Source: Telluria sp. | Lineage (GTDB): Bacteria; Pseudomonadota; Gammaproteobacteria; Burkholderiales; Burkholderiaceae_D | Direction: 5' to 3' | Assembly (NCBI GenBank): GCA_036402435.1 | Contig: DASWSX010000078.1 | Coordinates: 5,222 to 69,221 of the forward strand | DNA length: 64,000 nucleotides | Shown: one piece after another, positions 49,401 to 57,154 of the stretch | How positions within the stretch are numbered: the first letter of the stretch is position 1 | How the letters are laid out: each line of letters starts with the position of its first letter | Position numbers and translations under genes: made by a program | Notes under the pieces: generated by a model | Databases searched by the model: none | What the model was told of the DNA's origin: nothing | The model's input: the letters and a program-made list of their open reading frames with translations, nothing else

Positions 49401-49529
49401 AACGCGGACGGCCTGGAGAACCTGGACGATGATCGGCTGCGCCGCTGCGTCGGAGCAGGCACGGCCGCACTATTGCGCCCTCAGAGTAACGTGCTGGCGA
49501 TGCTGAATAAACAGGGAGGAGAAGAGTGA
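46491..49529 (+). CDS. Caspase-like (peptidase C14) domain fused to a Ski2/Hel308-like SF2 helicase
   Basis: FVGIN, FAGHG, LDCCFSG, HGLLT; helicase APTSSGKT, PYRAL..EK, TYE, DEGQ, LSA, ATTTLAAGINTP, NMAGRAGR. Confidence 0.88.
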   Translation: MAIKAIFVGINKHLDSSIPELSGARRDATALWALFTDTVEGLSARLLVDEAATHAEVSGSMLGTLAAASADDVVVIAFAGHGSPDGNLVLFDTDASDLAGTALSMAGLADTFKTTKARAVLCILDCCFSGQAPARVLETAARPRNAFALTGIYGEGRILLAACATNESAWEQPGTGHGLLTHAVIEALTGAAGESVSFPEIAGEIIRLARVEAERISVTQTPVFLGSVQGGLTFPTLKRGDNYAAAFPARAVQQMSGSFAEFSAHGFPPEIVEKWAADFPQGLNALQLRAVNEFGVLGGNSLLVVAPTSSGKTLIGEVAAIQAVTSGKKAAFLLPYRALVNEKFEEFTERYAAAGLRVARCSGDATDGIGPVLAGRYDLGFFTYETFLNLALGSPRLLNQLGLVVLDEGQFITDPQRGITVELIFSLLLRARQRGIEPQLVILSAVIGNLNSFDRWLGVPLLLSRERPVPLVEGVLDRRGTFQHIDTDGSTKTEALLPSHRIVQRRDKPSSQDVIVPLAQQLAGQGEKLLIFRNMRGPAQGCAKYLAKELGLPPATAILDVLPTQDLTGASQDLRECLAGGTAFHNTNLLRAEREAVEKGYRSATGGIHALVATTTLAAGINTPASTVVLAENEFVGEDGRQFTVAEYKNMAGRAGRLGFNETGKAIILADTPMERAQLFQRYVLGVPEDVKSSFQQRDLPTWTLRLLSQVRGVRADEIPGLLVNTFGGYSASRANPQWVAMVERDVTTLVDRLLQAGLAEREGNLIHLTLLGRACGSSSLSFESSLRLVELMGRLNVAQTPPSHILAMVQVLDELDAIYTPVMKKGQSESVRAGEVAQRFGHQMPQMLQRYCRNQIEFWARCKRAALLYDWIEGTPVDVLEKHYSTTPFGGAIGYGNIIGIADATRFHLRSAHQILAALFPDQPDFLKNLDEILQRLEFGLPSTALPLTRVSVRLTRGQCLALLSIGVHNADGLENLDDDRLRRCVGAGTAALLRPQSNVLAMLNKQGGEE

Positions 49530-51460
49530 TTCTGACCGATAACGAAACCAAAGTTGATCTGCTGAACAACGAGGCGATTGCCAGCACGATCATCGGGCTG
49601 CTTCGCGCGAAGCCCGACCATCCGGTGACGATCGGCGTGCACGGCGACTGGGGTGCGGGTAAGTCCAGCGTGCTCGAAATGATCGAGGCCGGCCTCGCTG
49701 ACCAGGACGATGTCCTGTGCCTCAAGTTCAATGGATGGCGCTTCCAGGGCTTCGAGGACGCGAAGATCGCCTTGATAGAAGGGATCGTCACGGGCTTGGT
49801 CGAGAAACGTCCGGCGCTGAAGAAGGCGGCAGTGGCCGTCAAGGATGTCTTCCGCCGTATCGACTGGCTGAAGGTCGCCAAGCGGGCCGGCGGCTTGGCC
49901 TTAACCGCATTCACGGGCATTCCGACGCCTGAGCAAATCGGAACCATCGTCGGCTCGCTCGAAGCGTTGGTGGCGGACCCCGCCAAGCTCGTGACGAAGG
50001 AAAACCTCTCGACAACTATCGACGAGGTGAAGGCCGTGTTGAAACCGGGCGAGTCCAAGAATGTGCCAGAGGAAGTGGAGGCTTTCCGCAAGGCGTTCGA
50101 CCAGCTCCTGAAAGACGCAGGTATCAAACAGCTCGTTGTCCTGATCGACGACCTCGACCGCTGCCTGCCCGACACAGCCATTGAAACCCTCGAAGCGATC
50201 CGGCTGTTCGTGTTCACCGCACAGACGGCATTCGTCGTCGCAGCAGACGAGGCGATGATCGAATACGCGGTGCGCAAGCACTTTCCCGATCTACCCGACA
50301 GCACCGGACCGAGAGACTACGCCCGCAACTACCTCGAAAAGCTCATCCAAGTTCCGTTCCGCATTCCGGCCTTGGGAGAGACCGAGACGCGGATCTACGT
50401 GACGTTGTTGCTGGCTGGCGCCGAGGTCGGCGAGAACGACGCGGACTATGAAAAGCTGATCGCAGTGGCACGGGAGAAGCTGAAACGGCCTTGGACCAGC
50501 GGTGGTCTGGATGCCGCGACGGTCAAGACGGCGCTCGGCAAGCAGGCCGAGAAGGCGAACAATGCACTTGCACTCAGCGACCAGATCGGCCCCATCCTAG
50601 CGAGCGGAACCAAGGGCAACCCGCGCCAGATCAAGCGCTTCCTCAACACGCTGTTGTTGCGCGAGCGCACCGCGAACGCGCGCGGTTTTGGCGACGACAT
50701 CAAACTACCCGTGCTCGCGAAGTTGATGCTCGCGGAACGGTTCATCCCAAGGTTGTTCGAGCAAATCGCATTCGTTGCGGCGATCCATCCGCAAGGGCTG
50801 TGCGAAGACCTTGAAGCACTGGAGAAAAGCCTTGCGGTAGCTAACGATAAAGATGGTGAGCCCAAGGGGCAGAAAGCCGCCGACCCCGCCCCTGCATCCG
50901 ACAACGCCGTGTTGACTGAGTGGAAGGCGTCGGAGTCGGTACGCGACTGGTCGCGCCTCTTGCCGAAGCTGTCTGGACTCGATCTGCGCCCCTACCTGTT
51001 CGTGACAAAGGACAAGAAGGACTACTTCGGCCCGGTGTCGGTGTTGGGTCACTTGGCTGGCGTGGTCGAGAAGCTGTTCGGCGGCAAGATGACCGTCCAA
51101 GGCTACGAAGCCGAGTTGAAGCAACTCGTGCAGCCCGAAGCCGAGAAGGTGTTCGAGGCCGTGCGCAGCAAGATCATGGGTACGGGCGCTTTCGACACCA
51201 GACCGGCAGGTGTCGATGGTCTCGCCGTCCTTGTGAGGGCGCAGCCCGGCCTCCAGAGCCGGCTAATGGACTTCCTGGAGGCGCTGCCCAGTGGCAAGTG
51301 CGGGCCTTGGGTCGTCAGCGGCTGGCAAGGCATCATCAAAGACACCGAATGCGCGACTCGCCTGACGAAGCTGCTCGGAGACTGGAGCAAAGTCACCGGC
51401 AATCCCGGCCTCAAAGCCAGCGCCGAAGCGGCACTCAAGGATATGAAGGGAGGGCGCTGA
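49526..51460 (+). CDS. qatA: Qat anti-phage system KAP-family P-loop ATPase QatA
   Basis: GDWGAGKSS, FNGW, IDDLDRC, YLEKLIQVP, NPRQIKRFLN. Confidence 0.92.
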   Translation: MILTDNETKVDLLNNEAIASTIIGLLRAKPDHPVTIGVHGDWGAGKSSVLEMIEAGLADQDDVLCLKFNGWRFQGFEDAKIALIEGIVTGLVEKRPALKKAAVAVKDVFRRIDWLKVAKRAGGLALTAFTGIPTPEQIGTIVGSLEALVADPAKLVTKENLSTTIDEVKAVLKPGESKNVPEEVEAFRKAFDQLLKDAGIKQLVVLIDDLDRCLPDTAIETLEAIRLFVFTAQTAFVVAADEAMIEYAVRKHFPDLPDSTGPRDYARNYLEKLIQVPFRIPALGETETRIYVTLLLAGAEVGENDADYEKLIAVAREKLKRPWTSGGLDAATVKTALGKQAEKANNALALSDQIGPILASGTKGNPRQIKRFLNTLLLRERTANARGFGDDIKLPVLAKLMLAERFIPRLFEQIAFVAAIHPQGLCEDLEALEKSLAVANDKDGEPKGQKAADPAPASDNAVLTEWKASESVRDWSRLLPKLSGLDLRPYLFVTKDKKDYFGPVSVLGHLAGVVEKLFGGKMTVQGYEAELKQLVQPEAEKVFEAVRSKIMGTGAFDTRPAGVDGLAVLVRAQPGLQSRLMDFLEALPSGKCGPWVVSGWQGIIKDTECATRLTKLLGDWSKVTGNPGLKASAEAALKDMKGGR

Positions 51461-52344
51461 TGGGAACCTCGACAGCTTACGGTGGCCCAGGCGGCGGGAC
51501 ACCACTCGTCCCGTCATGGCTGGGCGACGCAGGTGGCGGTGGTGCCCCTGCCGCCCCTCCGGGCGATGGTGCAGGCCCTGACGGCCAGCCGCCTGAGGAC
51601 GGCACCGCGCCACCGGCGCCGCCGAATCGCCCGCCTATTCCCAAGACAGCGGACCCGCAACGCTTCTCTGGCGCGCGCAACAGCTTCACACGATTTGCCG
51701 GCTCCGGCGGCAGCGATCGAGCCAGTCTGGGCCGAGCCGTCTCCAGATACGTCTCAACGTCCGCCGGGGGCTCGCGCCAAGCTGCCCAACGCATGGGTGC
51801 ATCTCGGGGAGCGGGCGCGCGGCTCCTTGGCTTCTTGGCCGATGCGCAAGCGCGGGGGGTGCGTGAGGCCTTGCGTGCCCTGAATCTGGAATCATTGGCA
51901 GGCCGCCCGATCACTGAGATTTTCGTGGGCCTGGCCGACTACGTCTGCCCAGGTGCGGGCACGGTTGATGAAGGAATTGCCCGCGAGGCTTACATCGAAA
52001 CCATCGTTGAACTGGCGAGCGAAGGACTCACCGATCTGGCCACGTTTACCCCCGATCAAATGCAGACGGTATTCGAGCTGTATGCCACCCATGCGATCGA
52101 GGCGCGCATCTGCAACGACATCGGAACCAAAGCCGTCACCATGCCAACCGATGCGCAGGCTGCGCATCGCGTCGAGCAACAGTTGCGCGACTTCATCCGA
52201 GGCGGAGTGAGCGATGCACTGACGCGAGCACGGGCGGAGACACCCAATCTCACTCCAGAACGGATTCAAGGCTTCGTGGACGCTGTGTACGAGTCCGCAT
52301 TTGCAATCTTGCAGACCCTCGGCGACGCAGAGGCCAATCAATGA
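51460..52344 (+). CDS. qatB: Qat anti-phage system protein QatB
   Basis: MGTS N-terminus, LVPSW, Pro/Gly linker; between KAP ATPase and QueC-like gene. Confidence 0.88.
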   Translation: MGTSTAYGGPGGGTPLVPSWLGDAGGGGAPAAPPGDGAGPDGQPPEDGTAPPAPPNRPPIPKTADPQRFSGARNSFTRFAGSGGSDRASLGRAVSRYVSTSAGGSRQAAQRMGASRGAGARLLGFLADAQARGVREALRALNLESLAGRPITEIFVGLADYVCPGAGTVDEGIAREAYIETIVELASEGLTDLATFTPDQMQTVFELYATHAIEARICNDIGTKAVTMPTDAQAAHRVEQQLRDFIRGGVSDALTRARAETPNLTPERIQGFVDAVYESAFAILQTLGDAEANQ

Positions 52345-53708
52345 AGCGACAACTCCTGGCGGGCCGCTTTGGCCCAGACGACCGCTTTGATGTGACGGCT
52401 GGCGTCGATGAACAGACGACTTACCTGCAACTCGTCGCTGGCGAGAAATCCTTAGACCACGGTATCGGAGGCGCGCTCACGAGTCTGAAGAAGATCGGCG
52501 TGTTTCCTTCGGAAATCGGCATCGACCTGATGGTACTGGCCGCCCATGTACATGCGGCCGATACTCGCATCTCTCGCACTGAACAGTCCCAAGATTCGTG
52601 GACGCGCGAGATACGGTTAGTCGTGCCGGTCAGCGACCCGGCTCGCTGGAGCGCAGCAGCGCCCATCCTCAAGAAGTCTCTGGACTTCTTGACGGGCGAT
52701 CGCTGGACGATCGGCTTCAGGGCACGTCCAGATCGATTCGCGGCAATCGCCCAAGCAGCGCCCCCGAGCTTGATCGCTCCTCCCTTTGATTCCGTCAGCC
52801 TGTTCTCGGGTGGACTGGATAGCTTGATCGGAGCCATCGACCTACTGGAAGACGACGCCACCCCCCTCCTGGTCAGCCACTTCGGTGAAGGTGCAATCAG
52901 CGACGCGCAGGGCAAGCTGTTCACTGATTTGAGAAAGCACTACGCAAAGTCCTCTTTTGAGCGGCTGCGTGTGGGCATGACCTTCAAGAAGGGCCTGGTG
53001 GCGGATGTTGGTTCCGAGGACAGCACGCGTGGCAGGTCGTTCCTGTTCTTCGCGCTCGGCGTGTTTGCGGGCACTGGACTTGGGCACCGTTTCGTCCTGC
53101 GCGTCCCCGAGAATGGGCTGATCGCGCTGAATGTGCCTTTGGACCCCCTGCGGTTGGGGTCAAACAGTACCCGCACCACGCACCCGTACTACATGGCAAG
53201 GTGGAACGACCTGCTTGTCGCACTCGACATAGATGGAGAAGTTAGAAACCCGTACTGGGACAAGACGAAGGGCGAGATGGCCGCAGCTTGCCACAACTCG
53301 ACCCTCTTGAAAGAGTTGGTGACGGATTCGTTGTCGTGCTCATCCCCCGCCAAAGCACGATGGCTCGGACATGGCATTGAGCACTGTGGCTATTGCCTGC
53401 CGTGTCTGATCCGCCGCGCAGCGTTGACGGCGGCTTGGGGTACTGGAAACGACCCGACAACGTACACCGTTCCCGATCTTCATGCGCAGCCCTTGGACAC
53501 GCGCCAAGCGACCGGAGTACAGGTCAGATCGTTTCAGTACGCGATCGAGCGCTTGAAAGGCAAACCGCAGCTCGCAAACCTCTTAATCCACAAGCCTGGC
53601 TCGCTTGCGGATGAAGCCGCGCACCTAGATCAGCTTGCCGATGTGTACCGGCGTGGCCTCGGCGAAGTCGCACGGCTCATCGACGGTGCCGAGGCGAGAC
53701 CGAGTTGA
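52341..53708 (+). CDS. qatC: Qat anti-phage system QueC-like protein QatC
   Basis: LFSGGLDS PP-loop, R.RSFLF, PENG, TKGEM, SC, HCGYCLPC..RR. Confidence 0.92.
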   Translation: MKRQLLAGRFGPDDRFDVTAGVDEQTTYLQLVAGEKSLDHGIGGALTSLKKIGVFPSEIGIDLMVLAAHVHAADTRISRTEQSQDSWTREIRLVVPVSDPARWSAAAPILKKSLDFLTGDRWTIGFRARPDRFAAIAQAAPPSLIAPPFDSVSLFSGGLDSLIGAIDLLEDDATPLLVSHFGEGAISDAQGKLFTDLRKHYAKSSFERLRVGMTFKKGLVADVGSEDSTRGRSFLFFALGVFAGTGLGHRFVLRVPENGLIALNVPLDPLRLGSNSTRTTHPYYMARWNDLLVALDIDGEVRNPYWDKTKGEMAAACHNSTLLKELVTDSLSCSSPAKARWLGHGIEHCGYCLPCLIRRAALTAAWGTGNDPTTYTVPDLHAQPLDTRQATGVQVRSFQYAIERLKGKPQLANLLIHKPGSLADEAAHLDQLADVYRRGLGEVARLIDGAEARPS

Positions 53709-53721
53709 CGAGGATGCGCGC

Positions 53722-54471
53722 ATGATCACCACTGCGGGGCTCGTGGACTTCCACTGCCATCTTGACCTCTACCCGAACCATGCCGCGGCGGTCCAAGACG
53801 CGGATGCATCCGGCGTGTTCACGCTGACGGTGACAACGACACCTCGCGCTTGGCCTCGCAATCACGAACTAGCGCAGCGCACGAAGTATGTTCGCGCGGC
53901 ACTAGGGCTACATCCGCAATTGGTCGCGGAACGTGAAAGCGAGATCGAGCTATGGGATCAACACCTTGGGGAGACACGCTATATCGGCGAAGTCGGGTTG
54001 GACGCCGGTCCCCGGTACTTCAAGTCGCTCGATGCGCAGAAGCGGGTGTTTCAGCACGTTTTGCAGCGCTGCGCGCAGGCCGGTGACAAAATCATCACAG
54101 TCCACAGCATCAGGTCGGCCAAGGCGGTACTCGATCTCGTCGAAGCACATCTACCGCCCGAGCGCGGAAAAATCGTTCTCCACTGGTTCACGGGAACAAA
54201 GAGCGAGGCGAAGCGCGCGTTGGAGTTGGGCTGCTACTTCTCGATCAATGCGGGAATGCTGGGCAACGAGAGGCACGCACCGATGGTGCAGGCTATCCCT
54301 CTAGATCGGATGCTGACGGAAACCGATGGCCCCTTCACTCGCACTGGCGATAGACCTTCGCAGCCAAGCGATGTAGCGAGCGTCGTCGAGGAACTGGGGC
54401 GTTTGCATAGGCTACCTGCGATCGACGTGGCCAGTCTCATTCGTGACAACCTACGAGCGATTCTCGTATAG
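53722..54471 (+). CDS. qatD: Qat anti-phage system TatD-family nuclease QatD
   Basis: DFHCHLD, GLHP, GEVGLD, VHS, LHWF, ETDGP. Confidence 0.92.
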   Translation: MITTAGLVDFHCHLDLYPNHAAAVQDADASGVFTLTVTTTPRAWPRNHELAQRTKYVRAALGLHPQLVAERESEIELWDQHLGETRYIGEVGLDAGPRYFKSLDAQKRVFQHVLQRCAQAGDKIITVHSIRSAKAVLDLVEAHLPPERGKIVLHWFTGTKSEAKRALELGCYFSINAGMLGNERHAPMVQAIPLDRMLTETDGPFTRTGDRPSQPSDVASVVEELGRLHRLPAIDVASLIRDNLRAILV

Positions 54472-54542
54472 CTGGAGGTGGAACACTCCGAGGAGAAAAA
54501 CCCAAAGCTATCGGCATATATTTCCAACCCGAAGAGTGGTCC

Positions 54543-55802
54543 ATGCCCGACATTCCCATTGCCGACGCTCTGTTCTCCGCCCTCCTCAGCCGTGACGCGG
54601 TTGCACTCGATGCGATCGAGGCAAACCACGCCGCCGAATGCGCATTCATTCGCACTGTCATCTGCACCGATGCTCCGGGTGCCGTTGACTTAGACCTCGG
54701 ACTCAGCGTGTCCTCCAGCGACTATGTGACCTCGTTTTTTGAAGGGCCGCGTGCGTTCTTCATGTCGGCCGGAACCAGCGTCCATGCCCATCTCACAGGT
54801 GGTAGGTCGAACGTGCTGATCGACTTCTCTCTCAGCTTCGACTCGAATTTCGCAGAGAAGCTGCGTGCAGTCATCGCCGGCGAGAAAATTCAGCGGGCTG
54901 ATCGCGATAGGGTCATCGAAGTTCTCATGCTGAAGGCTCGAAACCGCCATGTGCAGTTCGACGTGATGCCGTTTCTCATCGAGAACACGCGCCTGGCCCG
55001 TGACGAGCCCTCAAACGAACGCCCCCTGAATACGCTGATCGCTTTCCGCATGCTCGACCACCTAAATTGGCATGCCTTTCAGAATGATCCCAGCCGCTTC
55101 GCCTTCGATGCTTCATACGAGGACCTGAAAGCCCTGCTCCGGCCCGATGCCGAAGCCTTCCTAGCGGAGTTGCAAGCCAGTGAGCATATTGATCATCACG
55201 AAGCAAAGAGCGCGGGAGCGCAGGCGCTGCTACTGCGGTTCGCTCGACTTTGGCATGAGGAACGCAAACGGGACAAGAATCGCATCCTGCGTGAATTGCT
55301 CCGTTTCAGCATCCATAAGCTAGGGTCGATCCCGCTTACCGAATTGCGGCTGATTTGGAGTGGCATGACCTCTAGCCAGGGGTCGCCATTCTTCGGCCCC
55401 ATCATGGGCAGGTCCCCTGAGATGTTGCAGAAGATTCGCGGCATGGCCTGGGACATGACATTGCTCCGCGTTATGGAGCAAATCGCCACAGCTAGCCAGG
55501 TCGGCTCCTTCTTCATCCCCTATTTCGTGTCAATGGATCGCCGCTGGCGCCATCTCCTTGGCTTGAATCCTGTGAGGCTGATGCTGATCGACGACGCGCA
55601 TCGACGCGTGCTTTTCGCACGGACCGATGAACTGGAGTTCCAGCGCGTGCTGGGAGAGTGCACGCAGACCGCATTTCAGTTGGAGATGGCACCTGAAAGG
55701 GTCGAGGCCCGCCGCAGGGCGGCTCAGACGGTTGAATTGAACGCAATGAAGCAGCTCGTCGCCGAAGAAGAGCGCCATTGGCTCGAACAAGAGTTGCAGT
55801 AG
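54543..55802 (+). CDS. Hypothetical protein, possibly PIN-like nuclease
   Basis: 419 aa ORF; acidic motifs FDSN, IEN, AWD, SMD. Confidence 0.6.
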   Translation: MPDIPIADALFSALLSRDAVALDAIEANHAAECAFIRTVICTDAPGAVDLDLGLSVSSSDYVTSFFEGPRAFFMSAGTSVHAHLTGGRSNVLIDFSLSFDSNFAEKLRAVIAGEKIQRADRDRVIEVLMLKARNRHVQFDVMPFLIENTRLARDEPSNERPLNTLIAFRMLDHLNWHAFQNDPSRFAFDASYEDLKALLRPDAEAFLAELQASEHIDHHEAKSAGAQALLLRFARLWHEERKRDKNRILRELLRFSIHKLGSIPLTELRLIWSGMTSSQGSPFFGPIMGRSPEMLQKIRGMAWDMTLLRVMEQIATASQVGSFFIPYFVSMDRRWRHLLGLNPVRLMLIDDAHRRVLFARTDELEFQRVLGECTQTAFQLEMAPERVEARRRAAQTVELNAMKQLVAEEERHWLEQELQ

Positions 55803-55893
55803 CCGCCGAGTGAAATCAAAAGACACCGCAAGAGCGCTTGAGTTCGCTGTTCTACGCCACAGCAAGTTGTCCCGATAGGTACTGAACTTCACC

Positions 55894-56274
55894 ATGTCTC
55901 CATGCAGCGCACTCATGGAGTCCGAGGTGGAACAGCTATCGCAAACATCCAACGCGCTCCCCTTGCCGGGAACGGAAGCCTACGAGGCGCTGCCGCAGTT
56001 TCCGAAGCAAAGCCCGCTTCCCTTCCGGCGCACCATCCGCCGCCAAGAACTGCGGCAGATCGTCCCTCTGGCCGAAACGACGATCTACGAAATGGAGCGC
56101 CGCGGCGAGTTCCCGCGTCGCTTCAACCTGACGCCGCGCTGCGTCGTGTGGGATCTAGCCGAAGTGGAAGCGTGGATTGAGGAACGTAAGCAGGCCCCTC
56201 GCCTCGGCCTCTCGAAGCCGGATGTCCACCTACGAAAAACCCGCCCTGTCCGGGCGGGTTCGAGTGAGGAATGA
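55894..56274 (+). CDS. AlpA-family regulator / excisionase
   Basis: TTIYEMERRGEFP..FNL..RCVVWDLAEVEAWI; start uncertain. Confidence 0.88.
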   Translation: MSPCSALMESEVEQLSQTSNALPLPGTEAYEALPQFPKQSPLPFRRTIRRQELRQIVPLAETTIYEMERRGEFPRRFNLTPRCVVWDLAEVEAWIEERKQAPRLGLSKPDVHLRKTRPVRAGSSEE

Positions 56275-56290
56275 AGCCGAGCCACAGCAC

Positions 56291-56812
56291 TTATCCCACC
56301 AAGGCTTCCAGCCCCTTGGAAGCCGAGCGCGGCAACCGGCGACCTTCTTTCGCCACGTTGACCTGCAAGGCCACCTGCGCCACGTCGAGAACGTCCTTGG
56401 CCAGTGAATAGCTGCCCTTGGCCTGCAACCAGGCCAGCACGTCTGCCAGGTGCCAGATCGACGCACTACCTTCATGCACCGGCGCCGGGAAGCTGCCTGG
56501 ATTAGCCAGCATCAACTTGCGCATGTTCTGCCGCGACACGCCGACGATCTCGGCCACATCGGTCAACCCGACGAGATCCGGCGCCACCTCGATCAACCTA
56601 GCCGACGGTACGGCGCTGCGCACGTCGGCCAACGCGCTGCGCACCGCCGCGTCTGCGCTGTCCGCTTCTCGGGTGAACTCCAAGGCCAGCCGCCCCGGCT
56701 GGCCGATGCCGACCAGCGCATCGTCGCAGCCGGCCTCGCCCAGGCGCTCGACCAGGCCATCCGGGTCTCGGTCGTCGGCGAGCTGGTATTTCAGGGTGAA
56801 GGTATATTCCAT
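56291..56812 (-). CDS. HTH DNA-binding protein, putative antitoxin
   Basis: EAGCDDA, PDLVGLTDVAEIVGVSRQNMRKL, FPAP. Confidence 0.7.
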   Translation of the reverse strand: MEYTFTLKYQLADDRDPDGLVERLGEAGCDDALVGIGQPGRLALEFTREADSADAAVRSALADVRSAVPSARLIEVAPDLVGLTDVAEIVGVSRQNMRKLMLANPGSFPAPVHEGSASIWHLADVLAWLQAKGSYSLAKDVLDVAQVALQVNVAKEGRRLPRSASKGLEALVG

Positions 56813-56816
56813 CGTG

Positions 56817-57092
56817 CTACTCCTCGGCACCGCCTTCAGCCTCGCGCTGCTTGCGATGCGTGGTGCAGTTGTCCACGACGCGCCGCAGAGCGCGCGCGTG
56901 GTTGCCGGGGTTCTTCGGCGTGCTCCATACGCTGGTGATGCAGAACTCGCCGCAGCGACACTCCCCATCGTTGTACGGGCAATAAATCCGCCCCCAGGCG
57001 TGGCTGCCGCCGACTTCGACGCGCCAACCCTGCCCTTCGGCGTGCCTGAGAGCTTCCTCGACCTCCTTCTTCGGATGAGAGGGACGGGCCAT
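56817..57092 (-). CDS. Small HicA-like putative toxin with a Cys cluster
   Basis: GWRVE.GGSHAW, CP....ECRC...C, SVWSTP; paired with the HTH gene. Confidence 0.55.
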   Translation of the reverse strand: MARPSHPKKEVEEALRHAEGQGWRVEVGGSHAWGRIYCPYNDGECRCGEFCITSVWSTPKNPGNHARALRRVVDNCTTHRKQREAEGGAEE

Positions 57093-57118
57093 CAGTGATC
57101 TCCAGTATCGGGGCGACC

Positions 57119-57148
57119 GGCCTAGGTTGTCAAGTGACAACCTAGGCC
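57119..57148. promoter_or_regulatory. Perfect 14-bp inverted repeat overlapping a TTGACA -35 (minus strand)
   Basis: GGCCTAGGTTGTCA-AG-TGACAACCTAGGCC; minus-strand TTGACA-18 nt-GATACT. Confidence 0.7.
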
Positions 57149-57154
57149 GCCATT

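Noticed and set aside
46491-49529. Hachiman HamB
   Set aside because: No HamA-like partner recognised, and the N-terminus is caspase-like
52341-53708. Housekeeping queC or Dpd DNA-modification system
   Set aside because: Context (KAP ATPase, MGTS protein, TatD) matches Qat; no dpdA, queD or queE is present
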